From Mobula hypostoma (lineage: Eukaryota): DNA of 64,000 nt. Position 1 is the stretch's first letter; the number at the start of each line of letters is the position of its first letter. The stretch is from the NCBI RefSeq assembly GCF_963921235.1, contig NC_086108.1, positions 66,838,001 to 66,902,000 on the forward strand, given 5' to 3'. The notes under the pieces are model-generated. The model searched no databases and was not told the origin of the DNA. It worked only from the letters and a program-made list of their open reading frames with translations. The position numbers and the translations under genes are program-made. This document shows positions 60,585 to 64,000 of the stretch, piece after piece.

Positions 60585-61245
60585 AGAAACTGCAGAGAGT
60601 TGTGGACATATCTCAACACATCAAGGAAGCCAGCCCTCCTGCATGGACTGTCCACAATTCTTGCAGCCTCGGTAAAGCAACTAGCATAATCCAAGACCCT
60701 ACCCAAACCAGAGATTTTCTCTTCTCCGCCCCTCCCATCAGACAGAAGATACAAAGGCCTGAAAGCACATACCAGCAGATTCGCGGAGTGCTTCCATAGC
60801 ACTGTTACCAGACTACCAAATGGTTTCCTAGTACGATCAGAGGGACTCGACCTCATTATGACCTTGCACCTTATTGTCTATCAGCTCTGCACATTGTATT
60901 CTGCATAAAGTTATCATTTTACTTTTAACTACCTCAAAGTTCTAAGTAAACTTAGTATCAAAGTACATATATGTCACCATGTACTACTCTGAGATTAATT
61001 TTCATGCTGGCATTTACAATAAATACAAAGAAACACAATACAATCAATGAAAAACTGCACACTGCAAAGATGGACAAACAACCAATGTGCAAAAGACAAT
61101 AAATTGTGCAAATGCAAAAATAATAATAATAAATATCTAAGTAATAAATCAGTGTTAAAATGAATTGATCTCTATGGTATGCAAGACCAGTCCTTCCCTG
61201 TATCTCAGTACATGTGACAATAACAGACCAATTTACCAACTTATT
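60585..61245. mobile_element. Rex1-type LINE tails (plus 60585-60930, minus 60950-61245)
   Basis: GKATSIIQDPTQ..PPIRQK remnant. The second piece is the reverse complement of the tail family at 58650-58840. Confidence 0.6.
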
Positions 61246-62499
61246 TATCTACAGGCACTTCAAGCTATGTCTATAAAGAGGAATGCCACAGAAAGGGAGA
61301 TGCACCATGATGACGTACCAGCTTCATGTATGATGGTGCCACCTGGCCTGCATGCAGAACAACTGATGGGCATTTCCATAAAAGAGTCTTCATGTTCCTT
61401 GCTTGGAAGAAAATGGGGAAGGAAGAGGAAAATACTTTAAATTTATGTGAAATCATTCTTTTTTTCTACAATCTGCACACAGAACCCAAAGTAATTAAAC
61501 TACTTATTTGGGAGAGAGCCAATATTAGGTTTCACTGAAACAAAATTAAAAAAATACTGGAAACAGTCTATGGATGAGGCAGCCTTTCTGCAATGAAAAC
61601 CAGTTATTATTTTAGTTTGCCTGACCTGCTCAGTATTTCTTTCCATTTTTGAATACAGATTTCTAAAATTGGTAGTTTTATTTAAATTTAGTTTGTAATT
61701 GGCATTCATAACCTGTTACAAATGTTTTAAATAAACCAAGCATCATGAAATTTTATTCCATCAGAATATAGAAATTTATTCCCCTTGCGTCATAGAAGGA
61801 GGCCAACCTGAAGTGACTTTAATTGCACCTGGAAGTCCACTTCCCTTTGGAAATTCCTGTGTTAAGCTCCTAGTGAATTTCCATTCCACTCTCAGCTTTT
61901 TCAATGTATACTTTCAGAGCTTATATACTTAACACCAGTGAAATGAGCATGGATTCTTAGGTTTGCGCTGCTGTGTTATGTAAAATGATAATAGCAGCAG
62001 CAATTTACCAGCTTGTTGAACAATTTTTCAGAAAAAGATCTATCACACAGGAGCCTCTGTAGTACCACCATATGGATGTGAGGATTAATTTTGAAATGAC
62101 CATCTGAGGTATCAACCCATTTGTTTCACCATCAACTAAACGTTTTATCAAAGTTTTTCCTACACATTTTCATGGGGTTGTCAGCATAAATTACTTTTGG
62201 TTTGTGCTCTTTAGGTTGCACTTGCTTATCTGTAGTCCCTCCAGTTTTCATTCACACACCAATAAATGTCCATTTATCACAATGATTTGGCTGCTCCAAA
62301 ATCAGAGTTCTAACAACTCATTCCCTCACTGTTACCATTTAAAAGTTTCCATTTTTCTTGGAAAGCCCCACAATTCCAAATTCCAGGGATAATTAAATCA
62401 AAGCAGTTAGTTTGCTGAAGTCTTTCCAAATGCTTCTCAATTTTAAATTATTACCCATTGTAACATCAAAGCATAGGGTTGAAGGCTAGTAGGTCCAGA

Positions 62500-62652
62500 G
62501 ACATACCGGTCGGTAGGTTAATTAAGCATTGTAAATTGTCTTGTGATTAGGCTAGTATTAAATAGAAATTGCCAGGTGACACGGTTCAAAGGGCCAGAAG
62601 GTCCCATTTTGTGCTGAATCTCAATAATTTTTTTTTAAAAAATATTTATTTA
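62500..62652 (+). mobile_element. V/HE1-type SINE 3' half
   Basis: ggtaggttaatt..ttgtaaattgtcttgtgattaggctag..gggccagaagg is shared with 27597-27876. Confidence 0.65.
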
Positions 62653-64000
62653 TTTGTGACTACCTAACTGAAGCAGCAACTGGGTGCTTGTGTTGGCTTT
62701 TCTGTTTTAGAAGTAAATTGGGGTCATCAACCTCCAGGTTCTTTCTCCTTATACAAGGTAGGAATGAGGTGAGGTTAACAAGACAGAATGGAGTTTTATG
62801 GTAACAAATCATTTTCTATTTACTTTCTTGATCAAATTTATAATTAAAGGGAAATTGCTTAGAAAGTGAACTGTGTAACACCTCTTTTTTTCCAAAAGCA
62901 GTATAACTAAGTCAATTTAATCCAAGTAAACCTAACTTGAGGTCATTTCTGAACTAAATTTTGCTAAATGTAAAATTTGACCAGGTATGTCCTTTTCTCA
63001 ATAACCAATACAATCCCAAGGCAACTTATCCACCAGGAATATAGCAAATATGTCATTCCTCATGCAGTGATCCTTTGTGGATCTTTGCAGGGAACATGGA
63101 AAATGATGTTCTGAAGGTATCCAGGGACAATCTGATTGCAATCTCTCAGCTAAATCCTCAAGCTACCAGACTCCTACATTGCATTGTTTCCTCCGAAGCC
63201 TATAACCTGCAATCTCTCCTCTAATTGCAGCTTTCCCATCTCTTCCTGCTGCTAGTGACCAACCTCCCCCACCCCTACTCACATTTCGATGATGGCCTCC
63301 ATTTCTGATCACTACCTCCATTCCTCTCCCTTTCAATGATGCCCTCACCTCTATTCCTCCCACAGCTCTCCCACTGACCTCACTTCTCTGGGCACTGCTG
63401 ACCTTCCAGAGCAAGTAAAAGCCAAAGTAATGCTAATTAAAGTATCTTTTTTCATCTGCTTGTATTTAGAATAATTACATATCAGAAGGTAAATTGAGTA
63501 AATCCTAATTTTGAAGTTTAGTTTCAGTGGGCTGGAGAAAAATACTATCATTTCAAACTCCAGGACTCTTAGCACAATTACCATCATTAAAAGGCACGTG
63601 GGAATATTGTTGTTTACTTTGCAAAAGAAAATTACGCAAAAGAATCAGGAAATAGTGCGCAGAGCAAGTGGTCGTGGGCATTGACCACATTATCAGGGAC
63701 ACAGTATCTTTTTTTTAAGACTACTCCCACAGGGCTGTCAGAATACATGTGTCAGTCAACAGCCCTGGTCCTGCCCACCTATCTTTGGTGCCTTCTATAC
63801 TTCATCAGACCGAAAACCAGAGCATGTAATATGGACACATCAAACATCACACAGGATGGCTATTTTGGAGGATTATGCCAGTGGATGTTCTTTGAAAGAA
63901 CTGTAAAAATTGTTTCCACCAGCCCTGGTCTCTTCTGGTTAAGTTCCTTTACAAAAATGCAAGCAGTTTCCTTTTGAGCATTACAGTTACACCTTTTTTA

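Noticed and set aside
63160..63420. Additional Penelope-like coding fragment
   Set aside because: Pyrimidine-rich and vaguely similar to 9300-9460, but too diverged to call.
1..64000. Prokaryotic operon or defence system
   Set aside because: Coding density is very low, the one exon is spliceosomal, and vertebrate transposons occur throughout.

Overview
This is vertebrate genomic DNA, not prokaryotic. The repeat landscape (CR1 LINEs, Rex1/Babar-type LINEs, HE1/V-type SINEs, abundant Penelope-like elements) suggests a cartilaginous fish, probably a ray; that is an inference. I can support only one host coding segment: a 147-bp minus-strand exon (12058-12204) of the Tiki/TraB-domain Wnt-inactivating metalloprotease, most like TRABD2B. 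The rest of the window appears to be intron of that gene, filled with decayed transposons. These include a Gypsy LTR retrotransposon with a PNMA-type gag, a young solo LTR, and Harbinger, hAT, Tc1 and Tigger-type non-autonomous DNA elements. The most notable non-obvious signal is about 10 copies of a minimal type I hammerhead ribozyme motif in Penelope-like pseudo-LTRs, two or three with an intact catalytic core. Also notable are an unexplained perfect 31-bp inverted repeat and a MITE with a 6-bp target-site duplication (TSD). I see no convincing new protein-coding system; nearly all listed ORFs are transposon remnants or chance ORFs. All coordinates were read by hand, and boundaries of decayed repeats are approximate.
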